The notes: generated by a model not told the origin, from the letters alone. 64,000 nt of DNA from Candidatus Bathyarchaeota archaeon (GCA_963777155.1 CAVZPM010000001.1:160001-224000); one strand, 5' to 3'. Shown: positions 1-10,006, counted from the stretch's first letter. Translations and numbers: made by a program.

Positions 1-5
1 CTAAC

Positions 6-542
6 ATGGAAGCTTATGCAAGTTCTTTCAACAGTTTGCAAATGTTACCGTTTATTCCATCATTGCTTCTTGCCCCAATGTTCGTGATTATGATGCTTTC
101 CATCCATCAATACGCTTCCGATGACAGGAAAATTCTAAGTCAACTCGGTTTTTCTTTTTCACTAATCTGTGCTGCTGTGCTGAGCATCCATTACTACATT
201 CAGTTAACCTTCGTACAACAGGGAATACTGAACCACCAAACAGCAGGAATATGGCAGTTTGCCGCTCCCAATCCTCATTCTTTCTTCTGGACATTAGCTG
301 CCCTCGGATACGGTTTTATGGGCATTGCCCTGCTATTTACAGCTCCAGTCTTTTCAGGGAAATCTGAACGCTCAATCAAGTGGCTATTCATAGCGAACGG
401 CGTAGTTGGCATCGCCTTCTTGATTGGAAATGCTTTAAGTATTTTCTTTGTAAACATACTCTCCAGTTTTGTTTGGGGTGTACTATTTCTAATTGCCACT
501 ATATTGGTAGCCAAGAAATTCAGAAATTCGCAAGAATCATAA
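6..542 (+). CDS. Integral membrane protein of unknown function (possibly 5'-truncated by window edge)
   Basis: 178-aa ORF with about 5 hydrophobic helices; frame is open to the window start. Confidence 0.7.
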   Translation: MEAYASSFNSLQMLPFIPSLLLAPMFVIMMLSIHQYASDDRKILSQLGFSFSLICAAVLSIHYYIQLTFVQQGILNHQTAGIWQFAAPNPHSFFWTLAALGYGFMGIALLFTAPVFSGKSERSIKWLFIANGVVGIAFLIGNALSIFFVNILSSFVWGVLFLIATILVAKKFRNSQES

Positions 543-743
543 ACAAATCCTTGCTGTTTTTTTCACGAGTACCGTTCTGGGTTCTTTTTCCTAAATTGGC
601 TTTAGCTGTAGAGAACCGCATAAGTCTATTCCAGTCTTTACGCTTTGTTGATGAACAATCCACAAGCAACGAAGCCAACTTACGTTTAATCCGATCAGTG
701 TTAACCACCTGGAAAAAACTCCAAAAAAAGAAAGAGTGATGGT

Positions 744-1904
744 TTAGATTTTGTAGTATTTACCGTACAGAACTATGCCGACTGTCAAAATAGCAACGCA
801 TGAAGTAGACACTATAGCCAAATCCAACAGCAAAGTTGTACTTGTCAGCCCAGCGCCGCGTAGAAACAGTGAAGTCAATGCGTCTGTAACGTAGTAGCTT
901 GGAACGAATTTGCCTACAATCTGTGCCCCACCTGAGAGAGATGCGCCTACAAATGTGCCTAAGAACATTTGAGGAAGCACAAAGAGAAAGCTTAAGCCTG
1001 TTGCTGCACCGGAGGATTTTGCGATGGTTGCGGTGATTAAACCAAAGCCAACGTTCGATACCGAGAACACCAGCACCAAAACAAAAGCGAAAGCATACGC
1101 GGAAGCGCCCACTGGAGGTCTAAAGCCCATAGCATACGTCATGGCGAAGACAAGGGCAGCTTGAATCAACGCTATACCCATGTAAGAGACAACTTGGCCA
1201 AGCATAAACTCTGTTGGCGACGTAGGTGAGATGCGGATGCGTTTCATCATACCATTTTCCCGATCCTGCGCAAAAGATTGTCCAACCATCATTATCAGGA
1301 AAATCGATGCGAACGTAAACATGCCTGGTGCAATGAAGTCGATCGCTGAAGCCTGCTTAACTTGGACCAGCGAAGCGGTTTGTAGCTGAATTGGGCTTTG
1401 CAGGGCAGGTTGGTTTTGGTTTAGCATACCGCTGAGGACTTGCTGAATGATTGGGGGAATAGCTTGGGTGGCGACGAGTGAGCCTTTGTCTAGATACAAT
1501 GGAACAGTTGCGTTTACCCATTGGTTTGCATCATTGGGTGCAGCTTTGAAGGATGTTAAACTGTCGCTGAAACTTGCGGGAATGATTATGAGGGCTTGGA
1601 TTTTGCCTTGGCTCAAATCTAGTTGGGCAGAGGTGTTGGTCGCGTAAGCGTTAACGTGGAGCATAGTCATGTTCGACAGCAAATCCGTGAAGGAGTGTGA
1701 CCACTGCTGGTCACTGTTTACGTCAAGATTGACTAAGCCAACTTGGTAAGTTACAGTTTGGCTGCCTCCAAAGCCACCGAAGGATGCGCCAAAAGCAAAT
1801 ACAAAGATAATTGGAAACAGGAAAATCATGAAGAGGACTGCGGGTTCACGGATTGTTTTCTTGAATTCTTTCTTGGTTAACGCTATAACTCTTTGCGCTC
1901 GCAT
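744..1904 (-). CDS. ABC-2 type exporter permease
   Basis: N-terminal TM, extracellular loop, 5 C-terminal TMs, 'DRENGMMKRIRISP' ABC-2 motif; directly after the ATPase gene. Confidence 0.9.
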   Translation of the reverse strand: MRAQRVIALTKKEFKKTIREPAVLFMIFLFPIIFVFAFGASFGGFGGSQTVTYQVGLVNLDVNSDQQWSHSFTDLLSNMTMLHVNAYATNTSAQLDLSQGKIQALIIIPASFSDSLTSFKAAPNDANQWVNATVPLYLDKGSLVATQAIPPIIQQVLSGMLNQNQPALQSPIQLQTASLVQVKQASAIDFIAPGMFTFASIFLIMMVGQSFAQDRENGMMKRIRISPTSPTEFMLGQVVSYMGIALIQAALVFAMTYAMGFRPPVGASAYAFAFVLVLVFSVSNVGFGLITATIAKSSGAATGLSFLFVLPQMFLGTFVGASLSGGAQIVGKFVPSYYVTDALTSLFLRGAGLTSTTLLLDLAIVSTSCVAILTVGIVLYGKYYKI

Positions 1905-1905
1905 C

Positions 1906-2649
1906 TTAGAGTTCCTCCCTCATGTTTCTGCCTGTGAGTTGAATGAAGACTTCCTCGAGGTTCTTTACGTTACTTTTTGCGATGAGCTCTTTGGGGGTGC
2001 CAAGTGCTATCAGTTTTCCGTGGTCAATTATGCCGACGCGGTCACAGAGTTCCTCAGCTTCGTCCATGTAATGGGTGGTCAAGATTATGGTTTTGCCCCT
2101 GCTTTTTTGTTCTTTAATGAAGTCCCAGACTGCATGGCGGGACTGTGGGTCCATGGCAACGGTTGGTTCGTCTAAAAAGGCGATTTTGGGGTCATGAATC
2201 AATGCTAAGGCTAAACTTAATTTGCGTTTCATTCCGCCGCTGTACTTGGCAGTTACCCGTTTTGCGTCGTCTTTAAGCCCCATCTTCTCAAGTAGCATGC
2301 TGCTTCGTTCGCGGATTGCTTTTTTGTTCATGCCATAGAGGTTGCCGAATAACTCAAGGTTTTCTTTCCCGCTCAAATAGGGGTAGATAGCTGTTTCTTG
2401 AATGCAGACGCCCATTAACTCTTTAACTTTCTGGGTGTCTTCTTCCACGTTATAGCCAAAAACTTTGGCTGAGCCGCTAGTAGGTTTTACTAATCCACAA
2501 AGAATGTTTATGATGGTTGTTTTGCCTGCACCGTTGGGGCCAAGCAACCCGAAGAGTTCACCCTCTTGAACTGTCAGGTTTAGCTTTTCAACGGCAACAG
2601 TGTCCCCATATTTTTTGGTTAGTTCTTCTGTTTTTATTGCTTCCGTCAT
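1906..2649 (-). CDS. ABC transporter ATP-binding subunit (DrrA/CcmA-like)
   Basis: Walker A GPNGAGKTT, signature YSGGMK, Walker B FLDEPT, H-loop TTHY. Confidence 0.95.
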   Translation of the reverse strand: MTEAIKTEELTKKYGDTVAVEKLNLTVQEGELFGLLGPNGAGKTTIINILCGLVKPTSGSAKVFGYNVEEDTQKVKELMGVCIQETAIYPYLSGKENLELFGNLYGMNKKAIRERSSMLLEKMGLKDDAKRVTAKYSGGMKRKLSLALALIHDPKIAFLDEPTVAMDPQSRHAVWDFIKEQKSRGKTIILTTHYMDEAEELCDRVGIIDHGKLIALGTPKELIAKSNVKNLEEVFIQLTGRNMREEL

Positions 2650-2785
2650 GATAATTACCTTTGAGGTACAGTAGGCGTTTGGGAATTTAGTTTCTTGTTT
2701 ATGCTTAGGTGTCGGGAAAAGAAGTTATTGAGAGGTAAAAGTCATTTTTTAACTATAACAGATTAACAAAGTGGACATATTTGGT

Positions 2786-3688
2786 CTAAGGGATTTGGTC
2801 GCGCCAAGTCTTGAATATGTAGCCAGTAAAGATGATGTTTGGAGCCGCCGATTGAACTGATGACTCTTGTTCAAAACTTTCTCGAATTTCTTTGAGTTCT
2901 TTGGTAGTGGGTGTCCAAACCATGAAGATGCAGGAGTTGGGTATGTTGCTAAAACTCCAGTAAAAAAGAGTGTTGGGATAATGTTTTTGCAGGATAAGGT
3001 TGGGTGTTTGGGGGTTGGCTTCTGCTTTGAGGTTCACCTGGAAGACGCTCATGATGTCGTTTGAAGCGTCTGGGTACCACTCAATCGAAAACTGGATAAG
3101 AAAGTTCTTTTCCATGCGGGCAAGTCGGCGCCGAACGGTTTTGGTCGAGACGCCTAGCTCTTCTGCTATGTCGGAGGTGGGTTTGCGTGAATCATCCTTT
3201 AAAGATCGAATGATCTTGTAATCGAGTTCGCATAGTTTTGTGTCAATGTGGTTGAAGTCTAGATGTTTTAGCGTCGGCGGCATGGGTGAACCAGTCAACC
3301 CGACTATGGGCTCTGGAATTTCCACTGTCTCCTTAACAAACCGCACCAGCCCATCCAACTCGCTAACATTCCGCAAAAATGCGCCTAAATAGAGGATATT
3401 TCCGCCGCCTTCCGCCAACCAGTAAATCGAACCCTGCGTCTCCAACTTTTCCCTTAAATTTGAAATCGGGTTAGCTTTTGAGTAACCATAAATGAACACA
3501 TGGATTGCGTTCTGGGCAAACACACTAAGACTTGCATTAAATTTGCGAATGATGCCCATTTCAATTAATGTTTGGATCCGATTATGCACCGCGGTGACTG
3601 ACAGATCCAGTTTCTCGGCCAACTCACGATATGATAGCCTTGAATTTCCCAGCAGAAGCTGACATAGAATCATATCAGTCTTGTCCAA
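2786..3688 (-). CDS. Lrp/AsnC-family regulator with two tandem HTH+RAM units
   Basis: Two AsnC HTH motifs (NSRLSYRELAEKLDLS; DSRKPTSDIAEELGVSTKTVRRRL). Confidence 0.88.
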   Translation of the reverse strand: MDKTDMILCQLLLGNSRLSYRELAEKLDLSVTAVHNRIQTLIEMGIIRKFNASLSVFAQNAIHVFIYGYSKANPISNLREKLETQGSIYWLAEGGGNILYLGAFLRNVSELDGLVRFVKETVEIPEPIVGLTGSPMPPTLKHLDFNHIDTKLCELDYKIIRSLKDDSRKPTSDIAEELGVSTKTVRRRLARMEKNFLIQFSIEWYPDASNDIMSVFQVNLKAEANPQTPNLILQKHYPNTLFYWSFSNIPNSCIFMVWTPTTKELKEIRESFEQESSVQSAAPNIIFTGYIFKTWRDQIP

Positions 3689-4009
3689 GCGTCCACCACA
3701 GTCAATTTATAATGAATTAGTTCTGAACACTTGACTTAAATTTTTGCGTCGAATCGAGTTCTCTTCATCATTTCATTAACGAGGTATCATTCAATTTCAA
3801 GAATTTAGTTAAAACATTAATAGAAAATGGATAAGCGGGTAGACATCTTGAGTGGAGGGTAGAATCCCGCTCCCTGAATATTCCTACTGATCTTTCTGCT
3901 AAACTTACGGCAAATCCTTTTTGTATACAGCAAAATTCAAATCAATAGTCATTTTAAGAAACAAAATTCTAATATTAACCTGTGTAGTCCTTTTATCAAA
4001 CATCCGTGT

Positions 4010-4087
4010 GGGCCGGTCGTCTAGCCTGGTTAGGACGTTGGCTTTACGAGCCAAAGGTCGCCGGTCCGAGTCCGGCTCGGCCCACCA
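4010..4087 (+). tRNA. tRNA-Val(UAC), intronless, CCA encoded
   Basis: Cloverleaf: acceptor GGGCCGG/TCGGCCC, D arm, anticodon stem TTGGC/GCCAA with loop TT-TAC-GA, T stem GCCGG/CCGGC, 3' ACCA; TATA-like TTTTATCA about 20 nt upstream. Confidence 0.93.
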
Positions 4088-4117
4088 TCTACTAACTATA
4101 AACAATAAATTGGAATT

Positions 4118-4498
4118 TTATTCTAACCTGAAAACCAGTGCTAACTTTTTCTTGTTTAAATCTTCGAGAATTCTTACCCCTTCTGCAGGCATGTCGTCTT
4201 TTTCTTCTTCTGTTAATTTTCTAACAGTCAAATCACTGTTAACATGAAAAGGACGCTTACATGATTGACAATTTTCGTATGGGAAGAGTTCGTCTAACGG
4301 TTTTGTTATCTTCTGCGTTACACCGCAGTTAGGACAAGACCTAAACACGTGTATTGGCTTTGGTTTTTGCGCCTTTACAAGAATATCCAAGTTTGCTTCT
4401 AACTCTTCCCATGAAGGATAAATGCGGCGTAGAGGTGAGTCTCCTTTCCTCCACATGACTCTGAGCATATTCAATAATTCTTTTTTCTCAGTAGACAA
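4118..4498 (-). CDS. Hypothetical Zn-ribbon protein
   Basis: Two CxxC pairs (CPNC, CQSC). Confidence 0.7.
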   Translation of the reverse strand: MSTEKKELLNMLRVMWRKGDSPLRRIYPSWEELEANLDILVKAQKPKPIHVFRSCPNCGVTQKITKPLDELFPYENCQSCKRPFHVNSDLTVRKLTEEEKDDMPAEGVRILEDLNKKKLALVFRLE

Positions 4499-4572
4499 GT
4501 AGTAATCAATATCTAGATTCTGTGTCCCTCTTTTTAGATTTTACGCTAAATGAGTTTGCGAATTGACTCGGC

Positions 4573-6316
4573 TTATTCGGATTGGTTTTTACTTCTTTTG
4601 CCGTTTATAACAAGGTAGATGCCACCAACGATAATTGCAACAATCACCATTGCAACCCCTACACCGTAAACAACTTGAAGCCAATTTGTTTGCCCATTTG
4701 TACCTGCGGGAGTTAGGGTAGGAGTGGTTGATGTGAACATGATTTTTATTTGGTGTGTGCTGAAATGGGTTGTATACCATACGTAGTAGTTGTCTGCGTC
4801 TTGGGTGTAGCCTTGGTTTTGGGTTGGCACTCCGTCTATAAAGATTAGGGGTGTTGTCTCCGGTGGCACTAAACTTTTCGGGATGGATATGCTGCTAAAA
4901 CCTAGAGTACCGTTCTCGCCTGTAACCGTAAAAAATAGTCCCGTTGTTGTGGCGTTGTTGATTGCGATTGTCACGTTTGACATCTGCGTGCTGGTTATGT
5001 TGCCGCTTAAGGTCAGGTTAACTGTTTTACCGTTTTCTGTCACAGCTGGCACTGTTGAATTTGGTTGTGTGATTGAGGTGGGTGTTGGAGCTGAAGTTGG
5101 TGCTGGATTTATTGTAGAGTTTGAAGAGCTAAGGGCGTAAAGTGTTCCTTTTTCTGAGCATACATACAGTACGTCCGTTCGCGATAGCTGCAGACGACCA
5201 AACATTAGGACCATCTAGTTGGTAACTCCACAGTTTCGCTCCAGTAGCGGCGTTTAGAGCATAAAAATTGCTGTCGCCTCCGCCTGCGTAAACCACGTTG
5301 TTTCCAACGATGGGCGAGGCGTAAACTTCAGTTCCAGCTGGGTAACTCCATAACATTTTTCCCGTTGAAGAATCCAGAGCATAGAGCATGCCATCGGTGG
5401 AAGATGTTAAGTGGTTATATGTGCCTACATAGACCACTCCGTTAGCGACGGCAGGCGTTGAATAGACCCAGAAGTTGCCGGTTGAAAAACTCCACAACTT
5501 TGCTCCTGTGGCAGCATCTAACGCGTAAACTGTGCCGTCAGTGACCAAATCTGCGCCGATGTAGACTTTTCCGTTGACAACTGCAGGTGAAGAATAGATT
5601 GTGTCGCCAGCCGTAAACCTCCATATTGGTGCTCCCGTGGAAGCGTCTAGTGCCCAAACTTTTCCACCGTTGTCGCCAACGTACACTATTCCATTGACTA
5701 CAGCTGGAGAAGAACCTACTGCGCCGGCTCCTGTTGGGTAAGACCATAACAGGTTTCCAGTAGCAGCATCCAAGGCAGAAACATTGGCATCGTAAGAGGC
5801 TATGTAGACCACGCCATCAACGACAGCGGGAGATGACTGCACGTAGCTGCCTGTTTTATGGCTCCACAGCATAGCACCAGTCAAAGCGTTAAGTGCATAG
5901 ACGGAGTTGTCCCATGATCCAAAATAGACGACGTTGTCGACAACTGCAGGAGTAGAGTAAACCGCGCCGCCAGATTGATAACTCCATAAAAATACCCCGT
6001 TACTAGCGTTTAAAGCTAGAATTTTACCATCATTTAACCCAACATAAACTATGCCATTGGCAACTGTAGACGAGGAAAGTATTGGACTGGTTTGATAGCT
6101 CCATAGGGTTTGATTTGTAAATGGACCATTTGATGCGGTGTAACCTGAGTGCGTTAAGTCACCATGAAACATAGGCCAAGAATCATTGCTGTTTGTGCCG
6201 CCACTCGCACTTCCTGATGCCGTATTAAAATTGCCGCCAAAACCAGAACTTAACAAGGCTGCCAGAAATGTTGTCAAGAACAATAGAGGTAAAAACTTTC
6301 TCTTCAAGCTTTTCAT
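4573..6316 (-). CDS. Secreted PQQ-like (BamB-type) beta-propeller protein with C-terminal beta domain and TM anchor; split by a +1 insertion near 5175
   Basis: Signal peptide, 'WPMFHGD', about 8 'SSPAVxxGxVY...ALxAxTGxxLW' repeats; removing one base in AAC-GGA-C-GTA restores 'IANGVLYVCSEKGTLYAL' and joins the 4573..5214 ORF ending in TM+basic tail. Confidence 0.85.
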
Positions 6317-6365
6317 CTGCCAATCTCTACTTGATTTCGAATATTACGTTTTCGATGCGGATTAG

Positions 6366-7359
6366 TCAGTGGAGCAATACCTTTTTGGATAATCCTCCTG
6401 CTTCAAGTATCATCTGGTTATCCCGCATGACAGGTTGGGATGAACTCCATGTTTCTTCGACCGTTTGCTGAAGTTGATGAAGTAACAAAGCCAACTTTTT
6501 GCCCCTACAGGTTAAATCATAAGCTTTCGGTGTTCTTCTCATAAAAACCAGTTTTTTACCTCTCAGGCTTCTTAGGTACTTGTAGGTTCTTCTCAAAGAA
6601 AGCCCAGTTTCTTTGCCAAGCTCTCCCGCAGAAATTCCCTTATAGCCAACAGCATCACAAACTTTTTGTTCGGTCGTTGTCAATGTTTCCTTGTTTGGGT
6701 CTCTTATTGTTCTGAAGAAAAATATGTAGGCTCTTGCCTTTGGAGTTTCTATTAAGCCGGCTGAATTTAATCGTTTGAGCGTTCGTGAAACGTTTTTTGG
6801 TGCGACTAATGCTTCTATATCTTCAAACGTTTTTGGTCCAGAAAGCAAAGCTTGCAAAAGAGCTTCTTCATAGCATTCAGAGTGGGTAGGTAGCTTATCG
6901 GCAAATTCTAAGAAGTCATCGAACAGTTTGCTTAGGCGCGTTCCTAGTGTGGTTGCTCGATAGTTGTCTCGAACACGGGCAGCTAAGCCCACTTCCATTA
7001 GAAGGGGCAGACATTCTTCGCTAAGTAGGTCCTGGCGGTAGTCGTGGCCTGCTCTTTCTATTTCTTGTTGAAGCTGGCTCGAAGAATATGCGCCTTTTAC
7101 AATTGCCTGCATAACGTGAAGTCTTGGCTTATTTTTCAAAACATTGAAAAGATCTTTCATATAATCGGGGTTAGCCATGGCTTCCCATAGATGTCTCAGC
7201 TCACTTTTTAGCAGGTAAACCCTGCAGCCGCTCAAACATTCAAAGGGGGTAATTGGTGCACAGTTTCGACATTCAGCGTTAAGCGATTTTAGTTTTCCCG
7301 ACAGGTAAGTCGCAGTTATCTATTTTACGAGTTGGTGGTACTAGGACATTACTCATCAT
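6366..7359 (-). CDS. Putative transcriptional regulator: N-terminal C-x2-C-x7-C-x3-C motif plus three winged-helix units; +1 insertion near 7305
   Basis: ATG at 7359 after AGGAGA; frame of the 6366..7235 ORF extends upstream as LKSLNAECRNCAPITPFECLSGC; three wHTH-like segments. Confidence 0.7.
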
Positions 7360-7478
7360 TTCTTCTCCTAAATGCCATATGCCACTGCTGAAGAAACTTT
7401 GGATGAGTATTCACCCATCCGTTTTCCTCATAGAGCCCTCTATTTTTTAACGTGTAAAAGCGTTCTCGTAAGGAATTC

Positions 7479-7520
7479 TTGACTAAAACAACTTTTTGTT
7501 AGTCAAACTTTCTTGACTAA
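7479..7520. promoter_or_regulatory. Palindromic operator TTAGTCAA-N6-TTGACTAA (7499-7520) plus an extra TTGACTAA half-site (7479-7486)
   Basis: Perfect 8-bp inverted repeat upstream of the wHTH gene; near-identical copy at 21626-21647. Confidence 0.6.
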
Positions 7521-7720
7521 GCCTAAATTCCCCTTTTTTCCACATGTTTCGCACCAGATAACCGAATTTGAATAAAATATTCTGGGAAGAAGGCATTATG
7601 AAAGAAAGTTGAAAGATAAGAGAGGTTGTTTGACCTTACTTGAGCCAAAGTTAATATGGTTCAAGTTCACTAGCACCGACAAAATTAGTGAGTTAAAATA
7701 AAAAAAGTGTTTTTTAGGGA

Positions 7721-9007
7721 TTATTTGTGTCTTTTTCTTAGTGCAATGACTGCGACGGCAACGATGATTAGTGCTATTGCGGCTGCGGCGATTATGTAGT
7801 AAGTTGTGGTTGAGGTTAATGTGCCGCTGGTGCCTTCGTTTTGCCCAACTGCATAGAATGTGCCATCGTAAGCGCCAAAATATGCTACGCCATTGACAAC
7901 CGCTGGTGATGAGTAGACGTTACCATTTGTTTGGTAACTCCAGATTTCGTTGCCATTTTGTGCATTGACTGCGTAGGTTGTGTTGCTCAATGTGGCGGTG
8001 AAGTAGACTGTATTGCCTATAACTGCCGGGGCTGTTGTGATTCCTCCATTAGCTGTGAAAGTCCATTTCTGGTTGCCATTAGCTGCGTCTAAAGCGTAGA
8101 GTTTAAAGTTGAAAGCGCCGCCGGTGTAGACTACACCGTTAGCCACTGCTGGGGAAGCCTGAACGCATTGATCATAGCCGGTTTCAACTTTCCAGATTAA
8201 AGCGCCAGTGTCAGCGTTTAATGCGTAAGTATTGTTGTCAAAGCTACCGACGAAAACTTTGCCATCAGCGACTGCTGGTGAAGACGCCGCAACGCTTTGT
8301 GTAGCAAACTCCCATTTTTTGGCGCCTGTCGATATATCCAAAGCATAAACCTTTTTGTCGTAGGAGCCAAAGTAAACTACGCCATTTGCTACAGCTGGAG
8401 CTGCAGTTACAAGACCTCCGGTTGTAAAGTTCCAAAGGGGCATACCTGTTGGGGCGTCAATCGCCCACAGTTTATGATCGTTTGAACCCACGTACACCAC
8501 TCCGTTTGAAACCGTTGGGGAACCTTCCGCATAGCTACCGGTAACGCATTTCCATATGAAGGCACCTGTCGTTGCGTTCAATCCATAGACTGCAAAATCA
8601 TCGGACGCGAAGAAAACCATGCCGTTCTCGACCGCTGGAGCACCGTAGATTTTGGCTGGAACTGAGAAGTTCCAGATTTTTGTGCCGTCTTTTGCGTTTA
8701 ATGCGTAGATGTTGTTGTTGGAGGTGTTGAGGTGGAAGCCTTTGTCGGAAGCGGTAAAGTAGACTACGTCGTTGACGACTGCTGGGGATGTTAACACCCA
8801 ACCGCCGTTTACTATTGGGAAAGTCCAGAGGGTTTGGTTAGTGTTTGGTCCTTCCGTGTTTGCGTATCCAGTATGCGCTATGTCTCTGTGGAACATGGGC
8901 CAAGAATCATCAGATTGAGCGTTTACGGATAGAGATAATGAAATAAAAAGCGATAAACAAAGGATTGATAGAGTTATTAGAGCTAAAAACTTCTTCATAA
9001 AAACCAA
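7721..9007 (-). CDS. Secreted PQQ-like (BamB-type) beta-propeller protein with C-terminal TM anchor (likely ATG start at 8998)
   Basis: Signal peptide MKKFLAL...VNA, 'WPMFHRD', 8 propeller repeats, C-terminal TM + RKRHK. Confidence 0.9.
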   Translation of the reverse strand: MVFMKKFLALITLSILCLSLFISLSLSVNAQSDDSWPMFHRDIAHTGYANTEGPNTNQTLWTFPIVNGGWVLTSPAVVNDVVYFTASDKGFHLNTSNNNIYALNAKDGTKIWNFSVPAKIYGAPAVENGMVFFASDDFAVYGLNATTGAFIWKCVTGSYAEGSPTVSNGVVYVGSNDHKLWAIDAPTGMPLWNFTTGGLVTAAPAVANGVVYFGSYDKKVYALDISTGAKKWEFATQSVAASSPAVADGKVFVGSFDNNTYALNADTGALIWKVETGYDQCVQASPAVANGVVYTGGAFNFKLYALDAANGNQKWTFTANGGITTAPAVIGNTVYFTATLSNTTYAVNAQNGNEIWSYQTNGNVYSSPAVVNGVAYFGAYDGTFYAVGQNEGTSGTLTSTTTYYIIAAAAIALIIVAVAVIALRKRHK

Positions 9008-9172
9008 CTTGTTATAATATAATGAGTTTGTTTTCGAATTTATACATTACCCCTTAAAAGTTCGGGCTTTCTTTGTATGGTTCTAAAAACTGGAACATAA
9101 TGTTCGAATGCTTGGTGCTAAATAACTAACCCCCTCTACTGTCTAACCAGAAAACCTAAACCGAGGAAAAAA

Positions 9173-9553
9173 ATGATGAAAACAAACTTAATCGTTACAT
9201 CTCTGTTAGCAGTAGTTCTTCTTAGCGGCGCTTTCTTTTCTTTAGCAGCGGCACAAGACAATGATGTCCCTCCAGATCCTACAGCGGTACCAGATCCATC
9301 TTCAATTGACTCCAGCGATAATTCAACAATAACCCAAGACGACAATGCAGTGTTATACACCATACAGGATAACAGCACAGCATCCCAACGTGAGCCAGCC
9401 CCTGAAGTTCCAGGTGCAGAAGACACAAACCTCATCGCTACTCAAACCCACTCTGACAACACTTTGCCAATTTTAGCCGGCGCGATAATTATAGTCGTAG
9501 TTGCATGTGCCTTAGGCTTTTTCGGTTGGCGCAAAAAATTCGCAAAGGCGTAA
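9173..9553 (+). CDS. Small acidic secreted, membrane-anchored protein
   Basis: Signal peptide (AAA|QD), Asp/Pro/Thr-rich low-complexity core, C-terminal TM + RKKFAK. Confidence 0.75.
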   Translation: MMKTNLIVTSLLAVVLLSGAFFSLAAAQDNDVPPDPTAVPDPSSIDSSDNSTITQDDNAVLYTIQDNSTASQREPAPEVPGAEDTNLIATQTHSDNTLPILAGAIIIVVVACALGFFGWRKKFAKA

Positions 9554-9677
9554 ATCTACCACCTTTATTTTTTTTATGATTTGGTTGTTGGGTGGGTACA
9601 GTCACATATTTTAATTAACCCTCAACTTGCTCAATTACTCTATTAAACAGCTTAGTGCTTGCTGGAGGTGAATTGTT

Positions 9678-9842
9678 TTGGGAGACGACAAAAAAAACTT
9701 GAAAAGAACTGCACCCCGTGTTACTGTGCCAAAACCGGAGATGACTAAGGATAAGAAGTTCAAGTGCCCGATTGATCAAGAGGTTTATGATAACAAGGCA
9801 GACTTTGAGGCACACTGCAAAGAAGAACACGATGTCCTTTAA
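9678..9842 (+). CDS. 54-aa C2H2-like zinc-finger microprotein (C-x2-D-x12-H-x4-H), not in the ORF track
   Basis: GGAGGTGA RBS at 9664-9671, TTG start, MGDDKKNLKRTAPRVTVPKPEMTKDKKFKCPIDQEVYDNKADFEAHCKEEHDVL*. Confidence 0.7.
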   Translation: MGDDKKNLKRTAPRVTVPKPEMTKDKKFKCPIDQEVYDNKADFEAHCKEEHDVL

Positions 9843-10006
9843 AACGACAAACTAATCTTCTTTTTCTAATATAGATTAGAACTATTTGGGGGCGTTGAGC
9901 GCTACCTTATAGCTTCATCTATTTTTGAGTCACGTTTTGTTTTTGTGACTTCTTTGAATAATTCGAGGCACTCTTCTTTAGTTGGTTGAACTAGTTATGT
10001 ACACAA

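Noticed and set aside
3829-3885. Structured RNA (AGCGGG/CCCGCT stem) upstream of the tRNA
   Set aside because: A single 6-bp stem with no recognisable motif; short word matches to 15316-15338 look coincidental.
4060-10000. Integrated element at tRNA-Val
   Set aside because: No direct repeat of the tRNA 3' end and no integrase seen.
9860-10005. Short minus-strand ORF fragment (VQPTKEECLELFKEV...)
   Set aside because: No in-frame start without assuming another indel; about 30 codons with no motif.
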